64,000 bases of DNA from a virus, in IMG/VR virus record IMGVR_UViG_3300021387_000118, positions 77,168-141,167 of that record. One strand, given 5' to 3'. Of the stretch, positions 35,078-44,093 are shown piece after piece. The notes beneath the pieces were generated by a model. It did not search any database. It saw only the letters and a program-made list of their open reading frames with translations, and was not told the DNA's origin. The position numbers were made by a program, and so were the translations under genes. Positions within the stretch are counted from its first letter, which is position 1. Every line of letters starts with the position of its first letter.

Positions 35078-35350
35078 TTAAAGAACTGCTTCCTTAAATT
35101 TCTTTCCAAACTTTGCCTTTGGAACATTTTTTGAAGCAACCATCATCGTCTCACCTGTGCGAGGATTACGACATTCTCTAGCATTCTGTTCCCTTACTTC
35201 GATACTAAGACCATTAAAAAGCTGCACCTTGCCAGTATCCTTAAGCGAGTCTACGACAGTATCTTCCAAAATCATATAAAGTTCCTTCGCATCTTTCTTT
35301 GTAATATGAGCATTATTCGCAAACGCATCAATAAGTTCTTTTCTATTCAT
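35078..35350 (-). CDS. HU/IHF-family DNA-binding protein
   Basis: 90 aa with an RNPRTGE arm motif. Confidence 0.7.
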   Translation of the reverse strand: MNRKELIDAFANNAHITKKDAKELYMILEDTVVDSLKDTGKVQLFNGLSIEVREQNARECRNPRTGETMMVASKNVPKAKFGKKFKEAVL

Positions 35351-35600
35351 ATATATTTTTCTCCTTTTAATCCTTAATGTTTAATTTTATAACATAAGCG
35401 CTTATTAGGTGTTTATTCCCTACCACACCCAAAGACTGTTCAATTGTTATATTAAATCATGATTCCGTATTTATTAACACCGCACTCGGCAATAGCGGTG
35501 GAGAGGATATATGATAATACATCAAAATCTCCCTCATATAACGGATTTTAGCACAAGTGTAAAATTTGGTAATATATAAAGAAAATTTGCGCTTCATATT

Positions 35601-36527
35601 TTACGATGCTAAACCGTTTTTAAAGCAATTTAAGAACTTTTCTTTATTTGTCTTATATAAAACATTCAACATTTTTCTTGTATACTTTGTTGCGCTTTTA
35701 TATAAATACTTAGTATTTGTTTTGCCGTCTATTCCCAAAGATGTTTCGATTAATCGATAAATAGTTGCATTGCTGATCTTCATATGAGAAACACGTTGAA
35801 TAATTTCTTCAGTCTTTTCTAGCAGAGGATATATTTCCATATCATCATCGTCATGCCATAATTGAAGAAAATGTTTTACATAATTATCATATTCTTCTAC
35901 GGCCTTTCTAATTTTTCCCATCTGAGTTGCTTTAGGTGTTCCAGGTGGTTTATCTGATAAAAACGAATATGTATCAACAATGTTATCACGATCCGCACCC
36001 TGTATTTTATCTAATGCATCTTGTAACCAATTCATTGGACATATCAATTTATCATCAATCCTTCTTTGAACTTTATCTTTATCCTTTTTTATTTCAGACT
36101 GTGGACGTTCCTTCCCATTCTTTGTATAAGCAATTTTATGGGTCCATTTCATAAATTTAGGATAATCCTTTTTCCTATTCATGCATGGTTGTTGCCTTAT
36201 GCGTTGAATGTCATTGTTGACATCCACGGAATATTCGCGTTTACACCCATCGATCGCGAGCTGGGCACATACTGCCAATATCACGGTGTTTTCATAAAGT
36301 TGTTTACAGTCATTATCAATTTCACCGTTTGCAATTTTAGTCCAATAATAACTCTGACTTAATTGGGCGCTATCAGAAGATCCACCAATCGCTTTTTGAG
36401 CACCTTGCATTGCAGAGTCCATTTTCGCATAGTCAGTCATCGTATTATTATAAATGACTCCACTTTCCGGTACCTCATTGACAACAGTAGGATATTCTTT
36501 ATATGCTATTTTCGCAGACTTAACCAT
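35601..36527 (-). CDS. hypothetical protein, possible 3' exon of a split replication gene
   Basis: 308-aa ORF. Its frame is open from about 36588, immediately after intron core R4. Confidence 0.4.
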   Translation of the reverse strand: MVKSAKIAYKEYPTVVNEVPESGVIYNNTMTDYAKMDSAMQGAQKAIGGSSDSAQLSQSYYWTKIANGEIDNDCKQLYENTVILAVCAQLAIDGCKREYSVDVNNDIQRIRQQPCMNRKKDYPKFMKWTHKIAYTKNGKERPQSEIKKDKDKVQRRIDDKLICPMNWLQDALDKIQGADRDNIVDTYSFLSDKPPGTPKATQMGKIRKAVEEYDNYVKHFLQLWHDDDDMEIYPLLEKTEEIIQRVSHMKISNATIYRLIETSLGIDGKTNTKYLYKSATKYTRKMLNVLYKTNKEKFLNCFKNGLAS

Positions 36528-36539
36528 CTCTGGTTGATT

Positions 36540-36820
36540 AGTAACAAAATTAAAATCTGAATCAACATTTTCTTATATCCTGGCTCTTTATCCAGGAACT
36601 CTTCTTTTTCGAAGAGGATGAGACTATATCATGACCCTCGTTTAACGTTAGGCGAATGCTATCCTATATATAGCAGTCTTGGGATTTCGTGTCTGGATTA
36701 TTGTTTGTCTACTCACCAGTTAGTCGTTTGACCTTCTTGCTACCTCAGTGACTTTCACAAGCTTGGTTCCGAGTTTATTCATTCTCGGAATTAACCCAAT
36801 ATTTTTTGAACTGAGTTTCC
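36540..36820 (-). ncRNA. group I intron ribozyme core (R4)
   Basis: R element GUCAAACGACUAACUGG (plus 36717..36734) and S element GAUAUAGUCUC (plus 36622..36632). Begins at the UGA of the upstream 596-aa ORF. CUGAG-GAAA-CUCAG hairpin at the 5' end. Confidence 0.5.
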
Positions 36821-38611
36821 TCAGAACCGACCCTGATTATTTGAGTCCATACCATTCATACGTGCCTGAACATCTGTATGAATGCAATTTACAGCCATAA
36901 TATTGTTACTAAATTCAAAATATTTCTCCATTAGAGGATGTTTAACATTTTTAAAATATCCTAGATTATTACTACTATTGTGAGGATTACGTATACCACA
37001 CAAATATTCTCCATCACAAAATCTAGGAGTATATACTTGAATAACTCCATCATCCTGCAAAAGAGTTGGATCTTCTTCCCATGATTTCCCAACAGTATAT
37101 AATAATAAAGCATATGGATTTCCGCACACCGTCAAGTTATCACCGTGAACCGTAATTTTACCTTTACGAAGTTTTGCCACATAATCATTAATAATTTTTG
37201 ATTTATCTACTTTCCACATTTTGCTATTTTCGAAATCATTATTCCAGGCATATAAATCTGCAAGCATTTCATAGTGATTAACAGCAGTAGCATTTTTTCG
37301 TAAAAATTTTTCAAATTCATGATTGTTAGATTTTAATAAATTTACATAGTCAATACTTGTCTGAGCAATCTTATGTATATCATCAGATGTACAAGGTAGC
37401 GTGTTAATCATTTGATATGACATCTGTTGAACATCATTTAATTTTGACGGATGATCCGTTTTGACAATGCCCCATGTGCAATTATCTGCTCTGACATGAT
37501 TGCACCAATAGTCATAAGCAAGCGGCAGAGTACCACCTATAAGATCAACAAACTTTTTAAATTTGGTTGCATTATCAGTAGTAATCATTTTTATGTTCTT
37601 TGCCAAATGCCTATTGCCGTACATATCAGTAATTTCATAAGTATCATAATCTATATTATTATCTTGACAATAATCTTTGATAAACTGTTGAATACGAGTT
37701 CTAAACGCACAGGCTTTAAAAAAGTGATTTCTTAACAACGCCATACCATTGCACCAATCTGGCATAACAGTTGTTTCAATTAATGCCATTCCGTCCCATA
37801 AGGTATTCTTTACATTTGTTTCTTCTCTATGAACAGTACACCTTTTTCTTATTTCTTTTTCGCCATTTTTTAATGTTACCTCATAATCTTCGGCCCTTAC
37901 TATGTCAGCTATAGTATTGAAAAAACTATCTTTATCTTCCAGGATCAAAACATCTTCAACAGGAATGTTAATCGTTCCCTCTATCGCAGAAGTTGATAAT
38001 GGGGCATAGGCGGAAATTTCCACGATCTTTGCCCCATGATCTGGGAGAAGCTTTCCAATCCCCATAGTTAACCAGTTATATGCTTTATCATATAATTCAT
38101 CTCTAATAAACATGACACTACCTTGTTTCGCCTTAGATGGATTACGATAAAGCATCTTATAATAGATTGTTTCTTCCGTTACTTCGCCAGTTTTATTATC
38201 AACTTTATTATATGTAATATGGGTCCCTTGTTCATAAAAAATCCGGCGTATATCATCCTTTGATAGTTTCTTATATAAGTTCTTTTTAGATTTTACTTTT
38301 TCTTCCAAAGTATCAATTAATGCAAGCTGCTCCTGATTATCTTCAGCCTCTTTCCTCATTGAAGCAATATGACTTAGTTCTTCTTTGTAACTTCTCAAAC
38401 CAAATTGAAAGTCTATGCAGATAATATCTCTAGTAGACTCATCTTTTTTATCTGTTTGCATGCCATTATTTTTTAGCCAATGAGTAAATAAAGAATGGTG
38501 CAACATAGCTTCAGTATAGTCATACCTATCTCTGATGCCAGTATTTTTGCCGTAAACAGTAGCAGCTTTATAGTTTCTTATTTTCCATCCATATTGTCCT
38601 ATAGAGATCAT
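36821..38611 (-). CDS. large replication-associated protein (possible TOPRIM/primase-like), candidate 5' exon
   Basis: 596 aa with an IEG...LEDKD pattern. The UGA stop sits at the intron R4 boundary. Confidence 0.35.
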   Translation of the reverse strand: MISIGQYGWKIRNYKAATVYGKNTGIRDRYDYTEAMLHHSLFTHWLKNNGMQTDKKDESTRDIICIDFQFGLRSYKEELSHIASMRKEAEDNQEQLALIDTLEEKVKSKKNLYKKLSKDDIRRIFYEQGTHITYNKVDNKTGEVTEETIYYKMLYRNPSKAKQGSVMFIRDELYDKAYNWLTMGIGKLLPDHGAKIVEISAYAPLSTSAIEGTINIPVEDVLILEDKDSFFNTIADIVRAEDYEVTLKNGEKEIRKRCTVHREETNVKNTLWDGMALIETTVMPDWCNGMALLRNHFFKACAFRTRIQQFIKDYCQDNNIDYDTYEITDMYGNRHLAKNIKMITTDNATKFKKFVDLIGGTLPLAYDYWCNHVRADNCTWGIVKTDHPSKLNDVQQMSYQMINTLPCTSDDIHKIAQTSIDYVNLLKSNNHEFEKFLRKNATAVNHYEMLADLYAWNNDFENSKMWKVDKSKIINDYVAKLRKGKITVHGDNLTVCGNPYALLLYTVGKSWEEDPTLLQDDGVIQVYTPRFCDGEYLCGIRNPHNSSNNLGYFKNVKHPLMEKYFEFSNNIMAVNCIHTDVQARMNGMDSNNQGRF

Positions 38612-38628
38612 CTCCCATCATTATATAT

Positions 38629-39378
38629 TCATTGTTTAACATCAACAATGTTATTGCTATTGTATTTTGCCAAAGTTCCACGAACAAGACTGCGGATTAT
38701 CATATTGCTTTCTTCCGAGTTGGGAGAGTTGTAAATATTATTACAGACAATATCTGTAACGCATGAGTTAAACTCAGATGGCAACATGTTACCTTTCATC
38801 CTGTTACATGTTTTATGAGCCGGATATAAGTTGTCCATATGATTTGTTCCGCCACGACTCAACGGAATCAAGTGTTCCAATGTCCAATCTTCATCAGCAA
38901 TAGGTTTGCCGCAATAGATACACACATTGGATTTTTTTGCCACAGCACATTTTGTGACTGGACTAATTTTAATCCTTTTACTAGAATCAATATCTTCCTG
39001 AAGCTGTTTCTTAAACACTTCGGGATGTTTAAATCTTCTGAAGTTGCTATCAATCACAACTGGGTTGTCAATATTCTGAAATGAACCCCCATGTTCTTCA
39101 ATGTAATCATATGCGGCGTTAACCGTGGCGAATGTCATCGCACCTTTATAGCTAGAAGTTATTTCTCCATCTTTGCCGACAAAATACTGTTTTGTTGAAA
39201 CAACGTAACCTTTGTTCTTTGAATTACCATGTTTAAAAACCATATGGTCGGGATGGACGCTAACGTACCTTTGCGCCTCTGACTGTTTCATATGAGTAGC
39301 AGCAGAAGGACTAGTATAAAGGTTGCCGAGTCCCTGGATAAACATGATTTCATTTGATATACGATAATTGACAGCCAT
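38629..39378 (-). CDS. HNH endonuclease
   Basis: CIYCG...EHLIPLSRGGTNHMDNLYPAHKTCN motif. Confidence 0.7.
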   Translation of the reverse strand: MAVNYRISNEIMFIQGLGNLYTSPSAATHMKQSEAQRYVSVHPDHMVFKHGNSKNKGYVVSTKQYFVGKDGEITSSYKGAMTFATVNAAYDYIEEHGGSFQNIDNPVVIDSNFRRFKHPEVFKKQLQEDIDSSKRIKISPVTKCAVAKKSNVCIYCGKPIADEDWTLEHLIPLSRGGTNHMDNLYPAHKTCNRMKGNMLPSEFNSCVTDIVCNNIYNSPNSEESNMIIRSLVRGTLAKYNSNNIVDVKQ

Positions 39379-39412
39379 TATAATACCTCCTTTAATAAAA
39401 AATAATGTTACG

Positions 39413-40330
39413 TCAATTATTATTGCTTAATTCATCATCGATCATTTTTACCAAATTTTCATAACCATTTGTGGAATAAAGGATTGCAAAACCTTTATTG
39501 ATGTTTTTGTAGTTGGTTGATTTTTTTGTTGTTTCAACTAAGTACTTAAGATTCTGGTGGGAATTAAACAGTTTATACAGCTGAGTAATGTCATAATTAT
39601 TTGCCACCTTTTTCCTGGCAAGACGAGCGGCGAGTTCTCTAATCAATTCAGGACATCTCATAGCATCTACAGAATTGAAGTCACGTTCAGGACTGTCAAT
39701 GGCGAATGATGCCATCAGATGCTGAATAGCCTGTTTGAAATAACCCATCAAAACATCACTATTGGAAACCATATTAATAGCTGAAGTCTTGATTTTGCGG
39801 GTTCTCCTCAATTCATATACATCAATGCCGGAGATCTTCTTCATGGTATCATATACTTTATTATATGTATCCTGATGCGCAAGTCCTGATAAAACCGCAA
39901 GACTCCGTACCTTTTTATTATATTCTTCCCGCCACTCATATTTCTCCTTGTCACTAAGCTTGCTTACAAACTGGAACTTTCCGGCAGATTCTGCTTCAAC
40001 ATCTGATCTGGCATTAGCAATATTAGATAAGGAATCTTTTAATTCCTTAACGGAGAAAACGATATTGTCAATCTGGGCAACATTTGGAACACTCGTCTTA
40101 ATACCACAAATATCTACTCCCATGTTAGAGATATTCGAGGAAATTTTTTCGAGGATTTTATTCTGTTCATCAAAACTTTTTTTCAATTTGTCTGTAATTG
40201 CTGTTGCTAAATTGTCAACATTAAGAGAAAGATCCTTATTGAATTTAACAAGATTATCTTTAAGATCACTAGTAACAGCAGTAAAATACATTGCAATTTC
40301 TTCATTGGTCAGAGGTGTTTTATTATCCAT
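39413..40330 (-). CDS. hypothetical protein
   Basis: 305-aa ORF. Confidence 0.4.
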   Translation of the reverse strand: MDNKTPLTNEEIAMYFTAVTSDLKDNLVKFNKDLSLNVDNLATAITDKLKKSFDEQNKILEKISSNISNMGVDICGIKTSVPNVAQIDNIVFSVKELKDSLSNIANARSDVEAESAGKFQFVSKLSDKEKYEWREEYNKKVRSLAVLSGLAHQDTYNKVYDTMKKISGIDVYELRRTRKIKTSAINMVSNSDVLMGYFKQAIQHLMASFAIDSPERDFNSVDAMRCPELIRELAARLARKKVANNYDITQLYKLFNSHQNLKYLVETTKKSTNYKNINKGFAILYSTNGYENLVKMIDDELSNNN

Positions 40331-40362
40331 AGTATTATTCCTTTCTAATTAATAAATGATAA

Positions 40363-41592
40363 TTAATAGTCAATGACTACTTCATCATCAATGATGGCAA
40401 CATCCGTTATGCTTGCTTTTTTAATTACGCGATCTAGCGAATCGATCATAGATTTGCAAGTGTTGTAGAGACGCTGGTATAGTATATTGTTGTTCACACA
40501 TTGTGTGAGAGAATCGCCGTTTTCAATTGGAGCAATAACCGTATTTTGAAACTCAACGCATTTCTTACAAAAATCAAATACAATATCTGAAGTGACGCAA
40601 TTGTCATATGTTGGCTGCACTTCCTTGCGGTATGTTTCCATCTGAAGTTTGATACTATCTCGTTCATTCTTAAGAGCTGTAATTTCATTAGAACGAGAGA
40701 GAAGATCATCTTGTAAAACATCTACCTGTCTTGTAAGATCGGCAATTGTCTCATATGCTGAATTAAGCGTTCCGGTTAATTTATTTTCGGTTTTATCATC
40801 ATCCTCTTTAATAGCAGCCTTAATAGCATTCAGATCATCATCGGAAAGTTTTTCAATAGTTACTGGAGACTGTAGCTGCGCTTTGAGAGATTCTTTTTCT
40901 TTAACAAGTTGTTCTTTCTCATCAGAAAGAATTTTGACCTTATTAATATAGAAATCAATTTCTTTGTTGCTAACTTTCCCATCTTTCTCAGAAAGTTGAT
41001 CTGCAAGTTCTCGTTGCTCATCTTCGGATAATCTCTTCACAATCGCTCTTGCCGTAGTTGCTGTAACATTGCCCGTGTTAATCAAATCCTGAATTTCTGG
41101 GATCATGGTGGCAAGTTGCTTGTAGTTCTGAAGAGACTGCCTGGTAAGTCCAAGCTGGGCGGCGAGGTCTGATTCGGTAGTAGGAGCTTCTTCAATCAAA
41201 GTAAAATTATTTGACTTTGATTTTCTATCACCACCATGTTGAATTCCATAAATCCGTTCTAGTGTTTGGATGCATCGCCCGAACTTTACCGGATTTGGGT
41301 TGCCGATGCCACGCTGGCGAATGTTCGTTTCTATTAAATCTTTTAGCATCTGCTCATCAGAATTATACTGCTTGGTTTCGGTCATTACCTCCTTAATCCC
41401 AAGTTCTTTACATGCTCGAATTCTTTGATGCCCAGATATTATCATTTTATTCTGATTAATAATAATTGGTTCAATAACGCCGGAAGTTTGAACGGAGCGA
41501 AGAAATTCATCCCAGGCTTCTCCGGTAATATCATCAAAATAATAATCATTCTGCGGATGCGGTACAAGATCTGCTACTGGCAATAATTGCAT
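40363..41592 (-). CDS. ParB/Srx-like N-terminal domain protein with coiled-coil C-terminus
   Basis: IINQNKMIISGHQRIRAC motif. No ParA partner nearby. Confidence 0.55.
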   Translation of the reverse strand: MQLLPVADLVPHPQNDYYFDDITGEAWDEFLRSVQTSGVIEPIIINQNKMIISGHQRIRACKELGIKEVMTETKQYNSDEQMLKDLIETNIRQRGIGNPNPVKFGRCIQTLERIYGIQHGGDRKSKSNNFTLIEEAPTTESDLAAQLGLTRQSLQNYKQLATMIPEIQDLINTGNVTATTARAIVKRLSEDEQRELADQLSEKDGKVSNKEIDFYINKVKILSDEKEQLVKEKESLKAQLQSPVTIEKLSDDDLNAIKAAIKEDDDKTENKLTGTLNSAYETIADLTRQVDVLQDDLLSRSNEITALKNERDSIKLQMETYRKEVQPTYDNCVTSDIVFDFCKKCVEFQNTVIAPIENGDSLTQCVNNNILYQRLYNTCKSMIDSLDRVIKKASITDVAIIDDEVVIDY

Positions 41593-41757
41593 GTAAACCT
41601 CCTTACTGAATACAGTATTTAATAAATGATATTTAGTTATTTAGAATAATAATTGATCTGACGAATCTTGTCAAGCACAATTTATTTGTTAAGAAAATCT
41701 TAATAATTAGGTGAAGTGCAAAATCTGTTAATATGGCGAAGAAATATTCCCTTGAGG

Positions 41758-41862
41758 GATTGTGAGTGCACCGCACTTTAGCGCACTGAAGTGACTGTGA
41801 GTGCACCTTTTTTGCCATTTAGGGGACTGTGAGTGCACCTCACGAAACTACAAGTTTCGTAA
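41758..41862. repeat. iteron array (3x GAYTGTGAGTGCACC) plus hairpin
   Basis: Copies at 41758..41772, 41793..41807 and 41825..41839, spaced 32-35 bp. Half-site AGTGCA at about 41714. Hairpin ACGAAACU/AGUUUCGU at 41840..41862. Confidence 0.55.
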
Positions 41863-41937
41863 GTATATTAACAAAAATTGACCATTTTTTTGGTTGGGAT
41901 CCTTCTATGTCTTACCGAGTAGTGTCTTAATAAAGTC

Positions 41938-42504
41938 TTAAGAATTATTCTGTCTCATTAATAGTTCTTTCCAGCCACTTGAATTATAAAAAGAATGAAT
42001 TGTTTTATTGATATCATTACCTCTAAAATAAATATATGGATTAACTGTAAATACTGTTTGGTTAGGAACATCTTCATATAAAATATTTCCAGATTCATGT
42101 TTGCCGATAACACCCTTATGCTGAAGAGCAGCCATTAATTTTTTAGCATAATCATATTTGTATCCATGAATCTCGGCAAGTTCTTTTATGGATAATATTT
42201 TACTTCTTCTATCCATTGTTTTTCTTATTATACAATCTTCAAATGATACATGAGGAGTTAAACATATTGCAAATTTAAATTCTGGAAGAGTCAGATATTT
42301 TTCTAATAATGGTACTACTTCATCATATATTTTTACAAACGATTTATCTCTATTAAAGTCTATTATTCTTGAGTCTATATAATCTTGTTGTTCTTTACGG
42401 CGAACAGATAACTGATCTCCCTGATAGTATTGATCGATGATTTCTCCGGTAGATGTACTTATTAATACTCTTTCTGGGGTTTTTTCTATTTGATTTTCGT
42501 TCAT
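41938..42504 (-). CDS. Rep-like/regulatory DNA-binding protein next to the iterons
   Basis: 188-aa ORF immediately upstream of the iteron array. Confidence 0.35.
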   Translation of the reverse strand: MNENQIEKTPERVLISTSTGEIIDQYYQGDQLSVRRKEQQDYIDSRIIDFNRDKSFVKIYDEVVPLLEKYLTLPEFKFAICLTPHVSFEDCIIRKTMDRRSKILSIKELAEIHGYKYDYAKKLMAALQHKGVIGKHESGNILYEDVPNQTVFTVNPYIYFRGNDINKTIHSFYNSSGWKELLMRQNNS

Positions 42505-42707
42505 TATTATATTCCTTTCTTTGGTTATTTATACCTATAACTGACGTTTGTCTTTTACTACATCCAAAGTAGTAAAAATATTTTTTTGATAGATGACGAT
42601 GTAAAACAGTTGAAAATATATTATATCATGTTAACTAGTGCCAATGGTTTAATAATTCATATCCGCATTTATGTTATGATTGTAACGGCGGAAATAGCTG
42701 TATCATA

Positions 42708-42738
42708 CGCATTAATATATTGGCCGCCTTTGTAAATT
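42708..42738. repeat. direct repeat flanking the GIY-YIG gene (copy 1)
   Basis: ACGCA..TGGCCGCCTTTGT. Second copy at 43645..43675. Confidence 0.45.
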
Positions 42739-42766
42739 CAATACTGTCGTATATGAATTTACTAAC

Positions 42767-43519
42767 TTATAATAATATTTTTTCTATGTCGTTTTTAATA
42801 TTATTATTAATAGCAGTAATATATGATTGAAAATTATTCTTTGTCAACCATTCTGTATAGATTTCTATGTCATTAATTATATATGTTGTTTTAGTTATCA
42901 GATCATTATTTTTAATATAAGATATGTTTCTTTTTGTCAAGTAGCTATCAGGGCTTTTTTCGATCAATTGTTTTATTTTTGAAGATGTTTTTCTGCTACC
43001 TTTATTCTTTTTCTCAGTAATGTCGTTTAATGTTGGAACTCTTATTATCATAAATTTATCATCAACCAACTCTATATTATGGTTTGACATTATTGATATT
43101 ATGTATTTTTTAATTGCTTCAGCAGAATATGATTTGTCATAATATACTAATTTCTTGTTGTATAGGATATTATGTAATGTATCTTCTATGTTGTATAATT
43201 TATAATTTTTAGAATAATGATTAATATATTCGTATTCTAATATGATTAATTCTGCTTTTGTTCTCATAGAATTATAGGATAAATGCGGCTGTATAATTTT
43301 AAATTCAAAAGAATCAATTCCATAATTTATACAATCATTCTGTATCTGTTTATTGTAATGGTTTCCATTTATTAATAAATCATAATGTTCTTTTCTACGA
43401 CGTTGTATGTTCATACTTTCACCTATATAAAAGACATTTGTTTTTCTATTAATTATTGTATAAATTCCTGATAGATTTGCTACTTCAAACAAATTATTGT
43501 TTATAAATGAGATCGGCAT
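42767..43519 (-). CDS. GIY-YIG homing endonuclease
   Basis: GIYTIINRKTNVFYIGESMNIQRRRKEH motif. Confidence 0.7.
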   Translation of the reverse strand: MPISFINNNLFEVANLSGIYTIINRKTNVFYIGESMNIQRRRKEHYDLLINGNHYNKQIQNDCINYGIDSFEFKIIQPHLSYNSMRTKAELIILEYEYINHYSKNYKLYNIEDTLHNILYNKKLVYYDKSYSAEAIKKYIISIMSNHNIELVDDKFMIIRVPTLNDITEKKNKGSRKTSSKIKQLIEKSPDSYLTKRNISYIKNNDLITKTTYIINDIEIYTEWLTKNNFQSYITAINNNIKNDIEKILL

Positions 43520-43644
43520 AATGAATACTCCTTAATAATTAATAATTATGAAATACTATCATATTAATTAGTATCTGTCAATTTCAAACTTATAATATGT
43601 ACGCACAAAGATTTCTTATGCGGCGGCAAATGACTTTATTTTAC

Positions 43645-43675
43645 GCAATAAGGTTATGGGCCGCCTTTGTGTTGA
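43645..43675. repeat. direct repeat flanking the GIY-YIG gene (copy 2)
   Basis: ACGCA..GGGCCGCCTTTGT. Confidence 0.45.
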
Positions 43676-43681
43676 TTTGCT

Positions 43682-43710
43682 GCCACCTTAATAGGGTGGC
43701 TTTTATTTTT
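43682..43710 (+). terminator. hairpin plus T-run (plus-strand terminator-like)
   Basis: GCCACC-UUAAUA-GGGUGGC followed by UUUUAUUUUU. Confidence 0.35.
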
Positions 43711-44064
43711 GCTGAAATAGTGGGCGTATGTACTGGCGATTTCGGATGGTGACATGGGAATTATCATGTGGAAATATTTGGCTTATATGTATTGAAATAT
43801 TAAAAATGTTAATAGGATTATCACTATAGACATTGCAATTCAATGCGGGAAATCTTTAGCGTTTCTCATTGATTACGATGTAGGTTTCGATGATTGGAGT
43901 TCGTTGTAAGTTGTGCATTATATGAGGGAGTAATTGGTGAAATTTTAAGAATGAGATTTTTGAAGTAGTGTGTGGATGGAGCGGCTACGTGGCCCCAGGC
44001 GCACATGGGGTCATGATATGCTGAAAATATGCCTTTTAACTAAATTAAACTAAAATTTTACCTA

Positions 44065-44093
44065 TTTACACAGAAAATGCATAAAATGATATT
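44065..44093 (+). promoter_or_regulatory. possible sigma70-like promoter TTTACA-N17-GATATT
   Basis: Spacing is correct. The -10 hexamer is weak. Confidence 0.25.

Noticed and set aside
40363-41592. ParABS partition system
   Set aside because: Only a ParB/Srx-like N-terminal domain protein is present. There is no Walker-type ParA neighbour. ParB-like nuclease domains are common stand-alone phage proteins.
41758-41839. CRISPR array interpretation of the repeated 15-mers
   Set aside because: Only three short repeats with helical-turn spacing, no spacer-like unique segments of CRISPR length and no cas genes. They fit iterons.
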